Part shown: positions 1 through 13,864 of the stretch, piece by piece | Layout: the number at the start of each line of letters is the position of its first letter | Numbering within the stretch: position 1 is the stretch's first letter | Origin: Roseibacillus sp. | GTDB taxonomy: Bacteria; Verrucomicrobiota; Verrucomicrobiia; Verrucomicrobiales; Akkermansiaceae | Direction of reading: 5' to 3' | DNA: 64,000 nucleotides | Assembly: GCA_965242925.1 (NCBI GenBank) | Contig: CBDEUM010000014.1 | Span: 480,001-544,000, forward strand | Translations under genes and position numbers: made by a program | Notes under the pieces: model-generated | Seen by the model: the letters and a program-made list of their open reading frames with translations, nothing else | Database searches by the model: none | Told to the model about the DNA's origin: nothing

Positions 1-2
1 TC

Positions 3-662
3 AACAACTCGAGCGGACAATGCCCCGAGTGCAGGGGGAACGGCCGCATCAAGCTCGAGATGGACTTTCTCCCCTCCACCTGGACCCACTGCGATGGTTG
101 CAACGGAAAACGCTACAATCCCGCCACTCTCGAGATTCGCTACAACGGTCGATCCATTGGAGACGTCCTGGCCATGACCATCGACGAGGCGGCGGAGTTT
201 TTCTCCGCCCACGGCAAACTGCACCGCACGCTCTCCCTCCTGAAGGACACCGGTCTGGGCTACCTCCAGATCGGTCAGCCCAGTCCCACGCTCTCCGGTG
301 GCGAAGCGCAGCGCATCAAACTCGTCACCGAACTCACCCGCGGACGCATCAGCAGGACTGCGGTAAAGACGAGGAAACCGCAGGCCAACCTCTACCTCAT
401 CGAAGAGCCCTCCATCGGTCTCCACCTGGAGGATGTCAAGAAGCTCATTGACGTGCTCCACCGTCTGGTGGACGAGGGGCACACCGTGGTGGTGGTGGAG
501 CACCACACCGGCATCATGGCGGAAGCGGACAACATGATCGACATGGGCCCGGAGGCAGGCGATGCAGGTGGCCGCATTGTGGCCCAGGGCCCCCCCGAGA
601 AGATCCTCACGTCAAAGGTTTCACGCACCGCTCCCTTCCTTCGGAGTGCGCTGAAGTCCTGA
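3..662 (+). CDS. uvrA: Excinuclease ABC subunit A, C-terminal part (5' truncated by the window edge)
   Basis: Frame is open from position 3 (NNSSGQCPECRGNGRIKLEMDFL). Has the CxxC..CxxC zinc finger, LGYLQIGQPSPTLSGGEAQRIKL ABC signature, VVVEHH and DMGPEAGDAGG. Confidence 0.93.
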   Translation, partial: NNSSGQCPECRGNGRIKLEMDFLPSTWTHCDGCNGKRYNPATLEIRYNGRSIGDVLAMTIDEAAEFFSAHGKLHRTLSLLKDTGLGYLQIGQPSPTLSGGEAQRIKLVTELTRGRISRTAVKTRKPQANLYLIEEPSIGLHLEDVKKLIDVLHRLVDEGHTVVVVEHHTGIMAEADNMIDMGPEAGDAGGRIVAQGPPEKILTSKVSRTAPFLRSALKS

Positions 663-799
663 CCCTTTCCGCCAGCAGGATCAACTCATCTCATCAGATG
701 AGGTCACCGACTTATCTTCTCCCCTCATCGGATGGCTTCGCTTCCCTCCCTGAAAGATTTACTTGCGCCCAGCGCATCACAGCCCATCTTCCCGCGGAC

Positions 800-1267
800 A
801 TGAAAAAGTTCCTCCTTCCGCTGACTGCTGTAGCCTTGGCCACTGGTCTCACTCTTGCCGAGGAAAAGGCCGATCCCGCAAAGGCTGACGTCAAGGTCAC
901 GATCACTGGCAATGACCTCATGAAGTACGACAAGACCGAGATCGAGGCCAAGACCGGACAGACCGTCGCCATCACCCTCAAGAATATCGGAGCCCTTCCC
1001 AAGGAGGCCATGGGCCACAACGTGGTGATCCTCAAACCCGGAACCGACATCATAAAGTTCGCCATCGGCGGCATCGCCAACAAGGCAGGTGGCTATCTTC
1101 CCACCGACGCTTCCCTCGCTGCCCAAATCATCGCCAACACCAAGATCCTCGGCCCCAAGGAAGAAGAAACCATCGTCTTCAAGGCTGACGCAGCCGGGGA
1201 CTATCCCTACCTGTGCACCTTTCCCGGACACTTCGGAGTCATGAAGGGAGTGATCAAGGTCAAGTAG
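800..1267 (+). CDS. Azurin/plastocyanin-family blue copper protein with signal peptide
   Basis: MKKFLLPLTAVALA signal peptide. Type-1 Cu ligands in MGHN and YLCTFPGHFGVM. Confidence 0.9.
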   Translation: MKKFLLPLTAVALATGLTLAEEKADPAKADVKVTITGNDLMKYDKTEIEAKTGQTVAITLKNIGALPKEAMGHNVVILKPGTDIIKFAIGGIANKAGGYLPTDASLAAQIIANTKILGPKEEETIVFKADAAGDYPYLCTFPGHFGVMKGVIKVK

Positions 1268-1287
1268 GCCTCTCTTTCCTGAAAAAC

Positions 1288-1315
1288 AAAGGCTACGCTT
1301 CCGCGTAGCCTTTTT
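1288..1315. terminator. Intrinsic terminator, likely bidirectional
   Basis: AAAGGCTACGC-TTCC-GCGTAGCCTTTTT hairpin between convergent genes. Confidence 0.85.
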
Positions 1316-1400
1316 GCTGCCATCTGGACCGGCCCTTTCAACCCCTCCACCACTTCCCGCAGTTAACGGGCACAGGCCTCCTCGCCCATATCGAATTTTC

Positions 1401-2147
1401 TCATTCCCCCGGAGGGCCGCCCGCAGGACCACCACTTCGAAGGGAGGTCTCGAAGCGCCGGGGCTCTCCCGTCAGTTCGGGCCGCTCCTCGAGGTAGGTC
1501 CAGGTGACATTCCCGTTCCTCACTCTCACGCTGCTACGGCTCATGGTCTGCGCATCCGACCGCAGCATCCTCGGAGTGAAGGGAGATGGATTGTCCTCGG
1601 TATCGGAATGATACAGCCCCAGCAGGTCGCTTCCCATGCGCTGGGCACAGCACAACTCCTGGAAACGACGACGGCGGGCGATCCTGACCTCGGCGTAGTG
1701 AAAAGAGGACGAGCAGAGCGGTAGCTCGGGAATGCGATCGACCGTCAGTTCCCTGCCGTTCCAGGTCCAGGACCGTTCTCCCACCGGATCGAAGCCTACT
1801 ATCCTGAAGGGCCACACTCCTTCCAGCTCTTCGAGGCGGAGCCGCTCCTCCACCGCGGGCACGTTCTCCAGCGCGGCCATCTCCATGACGACCTGACCCC
1901 GGCTCCGGGCCGGCATTATCCCTTCCGCTTCCTCATGCCAGCGATTGAGGAGACAGACCAGCAATCCCCGCTCATTGACCAGCATCCAGGTTCCCCCGCC
2001 ATCGGGATCGATCGGAGCAAGAAAAGAAACGCCTTCCCGCTCGCGCAATCGCGGAGGCTCGGCCATCGCTCGCGTCTTCCTTTCGTCGCGGTTAAAGTAG
2101 ACCTCGTAGGATCCCGCAGATTCCCGCCACCAAGTCAGGGTGCACAT
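1401..2147 (-). CDS. NRDE/TANGO2-family protein
   Basis: Starts MCTLTW and has the diagnostic FNRDE, GGGTW and CLLN motifs. Confidence 0.88.
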   Translation of the reverse strand: MCTLTWWRESAGSYEVYFNRDERKTRAMAEPPRLREREGVSFLAPIDPDGGGTWMLVNERGLLVCLLNRWHEEAEGIMPARSRGQVVMEMAALENVPAVEERLRLEELEGVWPFRIVGFDPVGERSWTWNGRELTVDRIPELPLCSSSFHYAEVRIARRRRFQELCCAQRMGSDLLGLYHSDTEDNPSPFTPRMLRSDAQTMSRSSVRVRNGNVTWTYLEERPELTGEPRRFETSLRSGGPAGGPPGE

Positions 2148-2350
2148 TCTTCCGGTTCCCCCTCCGCCTGCCACTTCTCGTTCTTGTCCTTCCCGACCGG
2201 GCAGCACTGAGCGCTCAGTCAGGTGGGAATCCCCGCGGCGGGCAGAATCCACAACTGCACGGCGAGGTAGAGCCCTGCCACCCCGAGCCCCAGGGCAAAC
2301 CCGCCCAAGGCGCTACCGGTCCTGGTGCTCTCTTCCTGTCTGGTCTTCAT
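2135..2350 (-). CDS. Small single-TM protein with in-frame TGA (candidate selenoprotein, 71 aa if read through; 43 aa if TGA is a stop)
   Basis: MKTRQ..GLYLAVQLWILPAAGIPT-TGA-LSAQCCPVGK..CAP-stop. A hairpin with a GGUC loop lies just downstream of the TGA. The read-through stop overlaps the NRDE start. Confidence 0.5.
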
Positions 2351-2649
2351 CTTATCAGGGGTTGGCTTCCTCCCCGGTGTCGGTTCTCCTGGAGTTACCG
2401 CTGCCCTGCAGAGCATAAGCCGCTCTTTCCGCCATTTCAACCATCTCCATCCGCAAACCGGGTCGGTCCCATCCCGGAAGGCTGTCCGTTACCACATGCA
2501 ATTTCCCCGGATCGTCACCCCCGGAGCGAATCTCCCGTCCATCCGCCTTCATCCCGTCGCCGGAGGAAACAGACCGTTCGGCCAGTTCAGACAATTTGCC
2601 TTCCCTCTCTCATTGCCATCCTCCAACGCGCTCCCTAGCCTCACTTTTC

Positions 2650-3627
2650 ATGAAAAGACTCCCGGCCACACTTCTGTTTCTCGCCACCTTTTCGGCGCCT
2701 GCTGTGCTGGCCCAGCATCAGCACTTTGAGAACTTTGAATGGCGTGAACGCCTCACCGATCACTTTGCTCTTCGCGCCAAGAGCACCAACCACGATCCGG
2801 CCCGCAGATATGCCGAGAAAGTCTGGGACGAGTGTGTCCACGTCATGCCCGGACTTGAGGAGGACTTCAGCAAGAACAAATTCCGCACTCCCGGCGGCGC
2901 CTCGGGCGCGGATACCGCGCCCTATCGCTTTACAGTCTATCTCATCGGCTCGGGTCTCGATTACACCACCGTCCTCGAGCAGCAGCAGAGACGCAGCGGC
3001 TGGGATGCCAACCAGGTCCAGTCCTGCAGGATCACCCGTAACTACGGGGATCCACAGAATCGCTACCGGGTCCTCTGCAAGGCCGACCCCGAGAAATCAG
3101 CCGGGGGCGAAACTGATCTTACCCCTGTCTTCGTTCACGGCACCGCCGCCACCATTCTGGAAGGCCGGGGATTGACCGGAAACCTGCCCTTCTGGATGAC
3201 CGCGGGCTGGGGCTACTACGTCGAACACCGCATCTTCCGCCTCTGCCGGGTCCACTACATCGACTTCAAGACCTACTACGCGAACGAGAAGGCTGACTTC
3301 AAGCGGGGTGCCACGCTCGAACCGAACGAGGACTGGCCGGGTCCGTTGAAGAAAATGTGTAAAAAGGACATCCGGGAAACCCTCGATGCCGTCTGCAAGG
3401 CGGAAATCCTGACCCTCACCCCCAACCAGTCCGGCTACATCTTCGCCCTGACCTATTTCCTCGTCGGCAACGACGAAAACATCGCGAAGTACCGCAAGCT
3501 CGTCGAGCGTGCCCGCCAGGGAGAGACAATCACAAAAACCGTTCTTCTGGCCACCTACGGTTACGAGGACGACGCCGCGCTGGAAGCGGACTGGTACGAG
3601 TTCATGGAGAGCCGGCATTTCAAGTAA
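2650..3627 (+). CDS. Secreted hypothetical protein, degenerate peptidase-MA/zincin-like
   Basis: Signal peptide MKRLPATLLFLATFSAPAVLA. VFVHGTA..LPFWMTAGWGYYVE resembles the HExxH..PxWxxEG pattern with key residues lost. Confidence 0.7.
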   Translation: MKRLPATLLFLATFSAPAVLAQHQHFENFEWRERLTDHFALRAKSTNHDPARRYAEKVWDECVHVMPGLEEDFSKNKFRTPGGASGADTAPYRFTVYLIGSGLDYTTVLEQQQRRSGWDANQVQSCRITRNYGDPQNRYRVLCKADPEKSAGGETDLTPVFVHGTAATILEGRGLTGNLPFWMTAGWGYYVEHRIFRLCRVHYIDFKTYYANEKADFKRGATLEPNEDWPGPLKKMCKKDIRETLDAVCKAEILTLTPNQSGYIFALTYFLVGNDENIAKYRKLVERARQGETITKTVLLATYGYEDDAALEADWYEFMESRHFK

Positions 3628-3629
3628 CC

Positions 3630-4520
3630 GTGCGCAGGTTCCCTTTTCCCGTCGTCCTGGCCCTCGTCTCGGCCCTGGCCCCTCCCGCGGCGCCGGGGCT
3701 CCCCGAGCCGGACTCAAAGGAATGGACCTACCTCGAAAATGAGTCATTCCGACTGGGTGTCCACCGTGCTTCGGGAGCCACCATCGGATATCTCTCCCGC
3801 CGGGAATCCACCGAAAACATTCTGAATCACTACGACCAGGGGCGCTTCATCCAGCAATCGTATTACGGCGACGCCGATGGCTCCCGGTGGAAGGGCAAGC
3901 CATGGCGCCTGAATCCCGTGCAGGGAGGGTCCTTCCAGGGGACCCGACCGAAACTGCTGGAGCTCACCTCAGGAAAAACCCACCTCTATAGCAGGTCCCT
4001 TCCCCTTCACTGGGCCACCGGACGACTTCTCCCTGAATTTGAGCTCGAGCAATGGATCAAGCTTCATCAGGCGCACATCCATCTTCGCTTCCGCATGACC
4101 TATCGAGGGGAACACACCCATGCGGCGCGCCACCAGGAACTTCCGGCGGTATTTGTCAACCCGACCTTCGGGGAACTTGTCTTTTATGGAGGCCGGGAGC
4201 CCTGGACCGGAAAGCCTCTTACGCGGGTGAACCCGGGACCCGGAAATGCCTATGCGGATCTCTCTGAACACTGGGCCGCCTATCTCAACAAGGATGGGTT
4301 TGGACTGGGGGTCTTCGTCCCCATCGCGAGGCGCATGACCTACTAACATTTCACGGGAGCCATGAATTCAAGTTGTTCCTACCTCGCCCCGATCAAGACC
4401 TTTGCCCTCAAGCCGGCCCTCCAGGTCGACTACGATGCCTACCTCTGCCTCGGATCCGCCTCCGAGATCCGTTCCCGCTTCACGGCCTTGCAGTCAGGGC
4501 GGCCCAACACCATCAGATAG
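3630..4520 (+). pseudogene. Secreted hypothetical protein interrupted by in-frame TAA at 4344-4346
   Basis: After MTY-TAA the same frame continues 57 sense codons (HFTG..CSYLAPIKTFALKP..YDAYLCLGSASEIRSRF) to TAG at 4518-4520. Confidence 0.6.
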
Positions 4521-4563
4521 CCGTCGTTCTGCGCGCACCGGCCCTTCCAGAGGACACCCCTGC

Positions 4564-7500
4564 CTAGTAGTATTCCTGCAGCGGAGTCACCTTGAACTCG
4601 CGCCGCTGAAGGGAGCGAATGGCATTCACACTGGCCTCCGCCGCCGCAAGGTTCGTACAGTGGCTGACCTTGTTGGCCACCGCCGTGCTGCGGATGGCCA
4701 CTTCATCAGCCCGTGATTCATGGCTGCTCGGCGTATTCACGACGAATTGGATTTCCCCGTTCTTCATCATGTCCAGGACGTTCGGACGCCTGCGCTCGGC
4801 CAGCTTGTAGAGCCGCTTGGCAGGCACGCCGGCCTCTGCCAGTTTTCGGAAGGTTCCCCCGGTCGCATAGAGAGTGAACCCGGCCTCCACGAACTGGGAG
4901 GCAATAAGAGGGATCGTTTCCTTATCTCGATCGCTGACTGAAATGAAGACATTCCCCTCCATGGGCAGCGGATTGAACGCGCTTATCTGGCTCTTGGCAT
5001 AGGCCATCCCCAGATCCTCATCGATTCCCATCACCTCGCCGGTGGACTTCATCTCTGGTCCCAGAACGATGTCGATGCCCGGAAAACGGGGCCAGGGAAA
5101 GACCGCCTCCTTGACGTTGTAGTGAGAGGGAATGATCCGTCTGGTGAGCCCGAGATCCGGCAGCTTCTCTCCCACCATGATCTTGGCCGCCAGTTTAGCC
5201 AGGGGCACCCCGATGGCCTTTGAGACGAAGGGAACCGTCCGGGAGGCCCGGGGATTGACCTCAATCACGTAAAGCTCGCCATCCTTGACCGCGAACTGGA
5301 TGTTCATGAGTCCCCGTACTTCCAGTTCCCGCGCCAGGTTGATAGCGGCCTCTTCGATCTCTTTCTCGACTTTCTCCCCCAGACTGAAGGTGGGAATCAC
5401 GCAGGCGGAATCCCCCGAGTGCACCCCGGCGGGCTCGATGTGCTGCATGATCGCGCCTACCACCGTATTCTCGCCATCGGAGATACAATCGACGTCCACC
5501 TCGATGGCCCCGTCGAGGAAACGGTCCACCAGAACCGGGCGTTCCGGCGAGGCATCCACTGCTTCCCGCATGTAACGGCGCAGTTCGTCATCGTCGTATA
5601 CGATCATCATGGCACGTCCGCCCAGCACGAAGGACGGGCGCACGAGCACGGGATAACCGATCCTTCCCGCAATCCCGACCGCCTCATCTTCCGAGACCGC
5701 CGTTCCCGCCTCTGCCTGCTTCAGTCCGAGCCTGTCAAGCAGCGCGGAGAAGTGTTTGCGATCCTCCGCCAGTTCGATCGACTGCGGCGAGGTGCCGATG
5801 ATCGGCACGCCGTGACGCTCCAGATCGGCGGCGAGGTTGAGCGGGGTTTGCCCGCCAAACTGCACGATCACACCATCGGGTTTCTCCTGGTCGCAGATGT
5901 TGAGGACATCCTCCAGGGTAAGCGGCTCGAAGAAGAGCTTGTCGCTGGTGTCATAATCGGTGGAGACCGTCTCCGGATTTGAGTTCACCATGATGGTCTC
6001 ATAGCCCAGTTCCTTCAGGGCGAATGAGGCGTGCACGCAACAGTAGTCGAACTCGATCCCCTGGCCGATCCGGTTGGGCCCTCCCCCGAGAATCATGATT
6101 TTTTTCCGGTCCGACTCCTGGGCTTCGTTTTCGTCACCGTAGGTGGAGTAGTAGTAGGGCGTATAGGCCTCAAATTCAGCCGCACAGGTATCAACCAGCC
6201 GATAGGTCGGCAGGATTCCCACTCCCCTGCGTTTTTCCCGCACGGAATCTTCCGTTTCTCCGCGGGCGGTGGCGATCTGTTGATCCGAAAAGCCGAGCTT
6301 CTTGGCACGCCGCAGGTCGAGATCGGCAAGATTGGCCCCCTCGTCGGCGATTTCCTTGAGATGGGAGAGGAACCAGCGGTCGATCTGCGTCGACTCAAAC
6401 ACATCCTCCACGCTCCAGCCGTGCTCAAAGGCCGCCTTGATCCAGTAAATGCGCTCGCTGTTGGGCACATGCAGTTTCCGCTCGATGTCCTCCCGCGAGG
6501 GATCATCCGGATCCTTTCCGTCGTTGCCGAACCCGAACCGGCCGGTCTCCAGTGAGCGCAGGGCCTTCTGCATGCTCTCCTTGAACGTCCGCCCGATGCT
6601 CATGGCCTCGCCCACGGACTTCATCTGGGTGGTGAGCACGGGATCCGCGTTGGGGAACTTCTCGAACGTGAAACGGGGAATCTTGGTGACAACGTAGTCG
6701 ATGGTGGGTTCGAAGCTGGCCGGGGTTTTCCGCGTGATGTCATTGGGCAGTTCATCCAGGGTGTAACCCACCGCCAGCTTGGCGGCAATCTTGGCAATCG
6801 GAAACCCGGTGGCCTTGGAGGCCAGGGCCGAGGAACGCGACACCCGGGGATTCATCTCGATGACCACCACCCGCCCGTCCTCGGGATTCACCGCGAACTG
6901 GATGTTTGATCCACCGGTCTCCACCCCGATCTCCCGGATCACGGCGAATGATTGATCCCGCATGATCTGGAATTCGCGATCAGTCAGCGTCTGGGCGGGA
7001 GCCACCGTGATGGAATCCCCGGTGTGCACACCCATGGGATCCAGGTTCTCGATGGAACAGATGACCACGCAGTTGTCGGCGCGGTCACGCATGACCTCCA
7101 TCTCGAATTCCTTCCAGCCCAGCAGGCTCTCCTCGATCAGCACCTCCGTCACCGGAGAGAGGTCGAGTCCCCGTGCCACGATCGTTTCAAATTCCTCCTT
7201 GTTGTAAGCGATGCCGCCACCACTGCCTCCGAGGGTGTAGGCGGGACGGATGATGAGCGGGAAGTCTCCAATTTCTTCCGCCACCTTCCGGGCATCCTCC
7301 ATGGCGTGCACCACCCCGGACTGCGGCAGATCCAGACCTATCCTGAGCATGGCCTCCTTGAACAACAGGCGATCCTCTCCCTTCGCGATGGCATCGGCGT
7401 TGGCGCCGATCATGCGCACGTTGAGCTCCTTCAGCGTTCCATTGTGCCAGAGGTCCATGGACGCATTGAGAGCCGTCTGTCCTCCCAGGGTCGGCAGCAG

Positions 7501-7755
7501 GGCATCCGGTTCTTCCTTCTCGATGATCTTGCGGATGACCTCCGGGGTGATCGGTTCGATGTAGGTCCGATCCGCAAATTCCGGATCGGTCATGATGGTG
7601 GCCGGATTGGAATTCACCAGTACCACCTCGTATCCCTCTTCCCGCAGGGCCTTGCAGGCCTGCGTGCCGGAATAATCAAATTCACACCCCTGACCGATCA
7701 CAATCGGTCCTGATCCAATCAACAGGATTTTCTGTAGGCTCTCGTCCTTTGGCAT
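4564..7755 (-). CDS. carB: Carbamoyl-phosphate synthase large subunit
   Basis: [53 protein letters not shown]-terminal MGS domain. Confidence 0.98.
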   Translation of the reverse strand: MPKDESLQKILLIGSGPIVIGQGCEFDYSGTQACKALREEGYEVVLVNSNPATIMTDPEFADRTYIEPITPEVIRKIIEKEEPDALLPTLGGQTALNASMDLWHNGTLKELNVRMIGANADAIAKGEDRLLFKEAMLRIGLDLPQSGVVHAMEDARKVAEEIGDFPLIIRPAYTLGGSGGGIAYNKEEFETIVARGLDLSPVTEVLIEESLLGWKEFEMEVMRDRADNCVVICSIENLDPMGVHTGDSITVAPAQTLTDREFQIMRDQSFAVIREIGVETGGSNIQFAVNPEDGRVVVIEMNPRVSRSSALASKATGFPIAKIAAKLAVGYTLDELPNDITRKTPASFEPTIDYVVTKIPRFTFEKFPNADPVLTTQMKSVGEAMSIGRTFKESMQKALRSLETGRFGFGNDGKDPDDPSREDIERKLHVPNSERIYWIKAAFEHGWSVEDVFESTQIDRWFLSHLKEIADEGANLADLDLRRAKKLGFSDQQIATARGETEDSVREKRRGVGILPTYRLVDTCAAEFEAYTPYYYSTYGDENEAQESDRKKIMILGGGPNRIGQGIEFDYCCVHASFALKELGYETIMVNSNPETVSTDYDTSDKLFFEPLTLEDVLNICDQEKPDGVIVQFGGQTPLNLAADLERHGVPIIGTSPQSIELAEDRKHFSALLDRLGLKQAEAGTAVSEDEAVGIAGRIGYPVLVRPSFVLGGRAMMIVYDDDELRRYMREAVDASPERPVLVDRFLDGAIEVDVDCISDGENTVVGAIMQHIEPAGVHSGDSACVIPTFSLGEKVEKEIEEAAINLARELEVRGLMNIQFAVKDGELYVIEVNPRASRTVPFVSKAIGVPLAKLAAKIMVGEKLPDLGLTRRIIPSHYNVKEAVFPWPRFPGIDIVLGPEMKSTGEVMGIDEDLGMAYAKSQISAFNPLPMEGNVFISVSDRDKETIPLIASQFVEAGFTLYATGGTFRKLAEAGVPAKRLYKLAERRRPNVLDMMKNGEIQFVVNTPSSHESRADEVAIRSTAVANKVSHCTNLAAAEASVNAIRSLQRREFKVTPLQEYY

Positions 7756-7929
7756 TCGGCTTCGCTGGCCTAAACTTTCGTTTTACTGCCAAGCCCCCGG
7801 CCTGTGGTCAAGCCCGGCGGGAAAAAAAGAGACCCCCCCAACCCGAGTCCGCCTCTTTTTCAAGGGGTTTGTGAGCAACCCGTCCCCCCCTGAAATCCCC
7901 TCCGGGGAGGGCAACTCGATCATCGGGCC

Positions 7930-8346
7930 CTAAATCTGTCGGCGCTTCCGCTTCAGCTTGAGCTGGGCCATCGACTTGCTGATGGCGGTCTGGAGAGCGG
8001 CCACTTCCTCCGCATTCTCACTGTGGTCGATATTGGAAAGGGATTCCTCGGCCCGCTTCATGGCCTCCTCAACCTTGGCCTCATCAATTTCGGCATCTGT
8101 CACCGCGAGATCGGTGAGGACGGTGACCTTCTCCTGGGTCACTTCCACAAAGCCCGCCCCGATGGCCAGTTCCTCGACCTTGCCATCTACGAGATAACGC
8201 AGTTCGCCGGGGTTGATCCCGGTCACCAGAGGCACGTGGCCCGGCAGGATTCCCAGCTCCCCTTCCGTCCCCGGCAGGTAGACGTTTTCGACTTGGCCCG
8301 AGAAGAACTTCTTCTCCGGAGTCACTATATCGAGAACCAGTGGCAT
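7930..8346 (-). CDS. atpC: F1 ATP synthase epsilon subunit
   Basis: LDIVTPEK..PGTEGELGILPGH; position in the operon. Confidence 0.96.
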   Translation of the reverse strand: MPLVLDIVTPEKKFFSGQVENVYLPGTEGELGILPGHVPLVTGINPGELRYLVDGKVEELAIGAGFVEVTQEKVTVLTDLAVTDAEIDEAKVEEAMKRAEESLSNIDHSENAEEVAALQTAISKSMAQLKLKRKRRQI

Positions 8347-8394
8347 TTCCTTATAATCGGTAGCTGAAAATTTATGACCGTCCCCACAGAGGGG

Positions 8395-10825
<2,431 letters not shown>

Positions 10826-10912
10826 TCTTCAGTTAACCGTGAGGGTCTGTTATCAGTTGGGTTGCCTGTCCTGTGATTTTCCCGGCAGGGTTCCCCTCCC
10901 GGCTTGATGTCC

Positions 10913-12445
10913 TCAACTCCAGGAAGCCTTGAAATCCTTGATGGCCGTCTCGAGGCCGCCCACCACGTCGTCGGTGAGAGCCTTTTCGTCGAGGATGAGC
11001 TGGAGGAGATCGGCCTTGCGGGTGGTCAGGAACTCCTCAAGCGCCTCCTGGCACTCCTTGATGCGCTTCACTTCCACGTCATCAAAGTAGCCGTTCTGCA
11101 TGGACCAGAGAATGGCGACCTCCAAATCGAGGCCCATCGGGCTGTACTGGTTCTGCTTGAAGAGTTCCACGATACGCTGGCCACGCTCGATCTTAGCCTT
11201 GGTGGCATCATCGAGGTCGGAGCCGAACTGCGCGAAAGCCTGCAACTCGCGAAACTGCGCGAGATCGAGCTTGGTCGTTCCGGAAACTTTCTTGATCGCC
11301 TTGGTCTGAGCGGCCGATCCCACCCGCGACACTGACAGACCCACTGAGATGGCAGGACGGATCCCCTGGTAGAAGAGGTCGGTCTCAAGGAAGATCTGGC
11401 CGTCCGTGATCGAGATCACGTTGGTTGGGATGTAGGCGGACACGTCCCCAGCCTGGGTCTCAATGATGGGCAGGGCGGTGATCGATCCCCCACCTTCCTT
11501 GTCGGAAAGACGAGCGGAGCGCTCGAGAAGACGGCTGTGCAAGTAGAAGACGTCGCCGGGGTAGGCCTCACGACCGGACGGGCGGCGAAGGATGAGCGAA
11601 ACCTGGCGGTAGGCCACGGCCTGCTTGGAAAGATCATCGTAAACGATCAGGACATCCTTGCCCTGGTCCATGAGATACTCCGCCATGGCGCAACCGGCGT
11701 AGGGCGCGAGGAACTGGTTGGCGGCGGAGTCGGAGGCAGCCGCCGCCACGATGATCGTGTTGTCCATGGCGTCGGCCTTCTCGAGGGTCGAGATCGTCCG
11801 TGCGATGTTGGACTGCTTCTGGCCGATCGCGACGTAGACGCAGTAGAGCGGCTTGTGATCCTTGAGCGTCCCTTCCTTCGCCGCCTTGTTCTGCTGCGCC
11901 TGCGAAATGATGGTGTCCACCGCGATGGTGGTCTTGCCGGTGGAGCGGTCACCGATGATGAGCTCGCGCTGGCCGCGCCCAATCGGGATCATGGCGTCGA
12001 TTGCCGCGATCCCGGTCTGCACCGGAACACTCACGGATTTCCGCTTGATGATGCCCGGCGCGATCTTCTCCACCGGATACTGAGTGTCGGACTCGATCTC
12101 GCCCTTGCCATCGACCGGGCGTCCCAGGGCGTCCACCACCCGACCGAGGAGTTTCTCCCCCACCGGCACCGAGAGGAGCTTGCCGGTGGTGTGGCACTCG
12201 TCGCCTTCCGCGATGTGCTGGGAATTACCGAGCATCACGACCCCGACTTCACCTTCCTCGAGGTTCAGCGCGAGTCCGAAAAGGTTGCCCGGAAACTCGA
12301 TCATTTCGTTGAGTTGGGCTTCGCTCAGTCCTTCGACCTTGGCGACGCCATCTCCGATTTCCCGCACGGTCCCCACGTTGGTCTTGGCGACCCCGGCGGA
12401 GACATTTGCGATTTCCTGTTCCAGTTCCTGAAGGATGTTGCTCAT
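10913..12445 (-). CDS. atpA: F1 ATP synthase alpha subunit
   Basis: [38 protein letters not shown]. Confidence 0.99.
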   Translation of the reverse strand: MSNILQELEQEIANVSAGVAKTNVGTVREIGDGVAKVEGLSEAQLNEMIEFPGNLFGLALNLEEGEVGVVMLGNSQHIAEGDECHTTGKLLSVPVGEKLLGRVVDALGRPVDGKGEIESDTQYPVEKIAPGIIKRKSVSVPVQTGIAAIDAMIPIGRGQRELIIGDRSTGKTTIAVDTIISQAQQNKAAKEGTLKDHKPLYCVYVAIGQKQSNIARTISTLEKADAMDNTIIVAAAASDSAANQFLAPYAGCAMAEYLMDQGKDVLIVYDDLSKQAVAYRQVSLILRRPSGREAYPGDVFYLHSRLLERSARLSDKEGGGSITALPIIETQAGDVSAYIPTNVISITDGQIFLETDLFYQGIRPAISVGLSVSRVGSAAQTKAIKKVSGTTKLDLAQFRELQAFAQFGSDLDDATKAKIERGQRIVELFKQNQYSPMGLDLEVAILWSMQNGYFDDVEVKRIKECQEALEEFLTTRKADLLQLILDEKALTDDVVGGLETAIKDFKASWS

Positions 12446-12491
12446 GGGAGGGAGGATTGAATTTGAAGGGGAAAGGGGTGGAGGAGAGTTA

Positions 12492-12884
12492 TTAGAAGGA
12501 GTTGGCGAGTCTATCGAGGCGGGTCTTCACGCTGCCGTCCCAGACGTCGTTGCCGACACGCACGCGCATCCCGCCGAGGAGGCCGGGATTGATCTTAAAT
12601 TCGAAGGAGAGGTCGTCGCCATACTTCTCGGCGAGACTGCCCTTCACCCGGTCCTGCGAGGCGGCATCGAGAACCTCGGCGCTTTCAACCAGGACCTGGC
12701 GCCGCTCCATTTCGAGGCGGGTCAGGCGCTTCAGTTCGTGCAGGATGGCCTGCCAGCCGCGGGGCTTCGCTTCCGCGACTTTCTTGAATACCGCGCGAAG
12801 CTTGTCATCAACCACGCGATCACCCTCCACGCACATGCGGAAGGCACGGCGGGCGGTGGTGGCAGCTTCGCGGGAAATTTTCAT
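12492..12884 (-). CDS. atpH: ATP synthase delta subunit (short form)
   Basis: [23 protein letters not shown]-terminal delta motif; lies between atpF and atpA. Confidence 0.92.
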   Translation of the reverse strand: MKISREAATTARRAFRMCVEGDRVVDDKLRAVFKKVAEAKPRGWQAILHELKRLTRLEMERRQVLVESAEVLDAASQDRVKGSLAEKYGDDLSFEFKINPGLLGGMRVRVGNDVWDGSVKTRLDRLANSF

Positions 12885-12902
12885 GCCGGTTTGCCTCGTT
12901 TC

Positions 12903-13463
12903 CTAGCTGTCGACCTCGGCGAGGGCTTCTTCATTGATGCGCTTCTGGTCCTCGTCGGTCAGGACCTTGCCGGTGACCTGGGCGGTGGTAGAGGCCACCA
13001 GGCGCCCGAATTCCTTCTTCAGGGCCGCATGCATCTTGTCGCGCTCGCTCTTCGCGGCCTCCTCGGCCTTGGCCAGGATGGCCCTCGCTTCCGCCGCCGC
13101 TTCCTGAGCCTTCTTGTCTCCGATGGCAACCGCGCTCTCCTTGGCCTCCTCCACCAGGCGCTTGGCACGCTCGTTGGCTTCCTGGATGGCCTCCTGGGTG
13201 CGCTTTTCGCTGGCTGCGATCTGCTCCTCCACCTCTGCGAGCTTGGCCTCCCCATCGGCGATCCGCTTGCGGCGCTGCTCAAGGAGGTTCATGACCGGTC
13301 CGTAGGCGAACTTCTTGAGGACGAGGCAGACGATGAGGAAATTGACCAACTGACAGAACAGGGTCCACCAGTGGATCTGGAAAGTCTTGGTGATGGTTTC
13401 GACTATGCCGCCGTCGGCAGCCTCGGTCTCTGCCGCGAGGATCAGGATGTTGTCGAAAGGCAT
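12903..13463 (-). CDS. atpF: Fo ATP synthase b subunit
   Basis: TM segment QLVNFLIVCLVLKKFAYGPV followed by a long coiled coil. Confidence 0.93.
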   Translation of the reverse strand: MPFDNILILAAETEAADGGIVETITKTFQIHWWTLFCQLVNFLIVCLVLKKFAYGPVMNLLEQRRKRIADGEAKLAEVEEQIAASEKRTQEAIQEANERAKRLVEEAKESAVAIGDKKAQEAAAEARAILAKAEEAAKSERDKMHAALKKEFGRLVASTTAQVTGKVLTDEDQKRINEEALAEVDS

Positions 13464-13537
13464 GGTGGAAAAGGGATTGGGAACGAATGGTCGAGGGGAG
13501 AGGACGCTCCCGGGCGGGGAGCGTCCTCCTGAAACCC

Positions 13538-13786
13538 TCACTTCACAAGGAAGAGAGCGATGAAGATGATCCCCTCCGCCAGGGCGGCGAAGATGATCGC
13601 AATCGTCATGATCTGTCCCTGGGCCCCGGGATTACGGCCCACGGCTTCGGTGGCTTTCGCGCCAACCAGGCCCACGCCGATTCCGGCACCGGTACCTGCA
13701 AGGCCGACGTGAATCTTCCCTTCCATCGCGGCCAGGAGGTCGAAGATGAAAGGAACGCTCGCAAGGAGTTGCATCAGGCTGTCCAT
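13538..13786 (-). CDS. atpE: Fo ATP synthase c subunit
   Basis: GxGxGxG helix, RNP loop, conserved Glu in ALAEG. Confidence 0.95.
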   Translation of the reverse strand: MDSLMQLLASVPFIFDLLAAMEGKIHVGLAGTGAGIGVGLVGAKATEAVGRNPGAQGQIMTIAIIFAALAEGIIFIALFLVK

Positions 13787-13864
13787 TGTTCTGTTTTGTT
13801 TGGTTTGTTGCTTCTTTCGCCGGCCTCCACGGGGGTCCATGGTCCGACCGGCAGGAGTATCTGT

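Noticed and set aside
13538..13786. Na+-translocating ATP synthase
   Set aside because: The c subunit has AEG and lacks the Q..ES/T sodium-binding motif.
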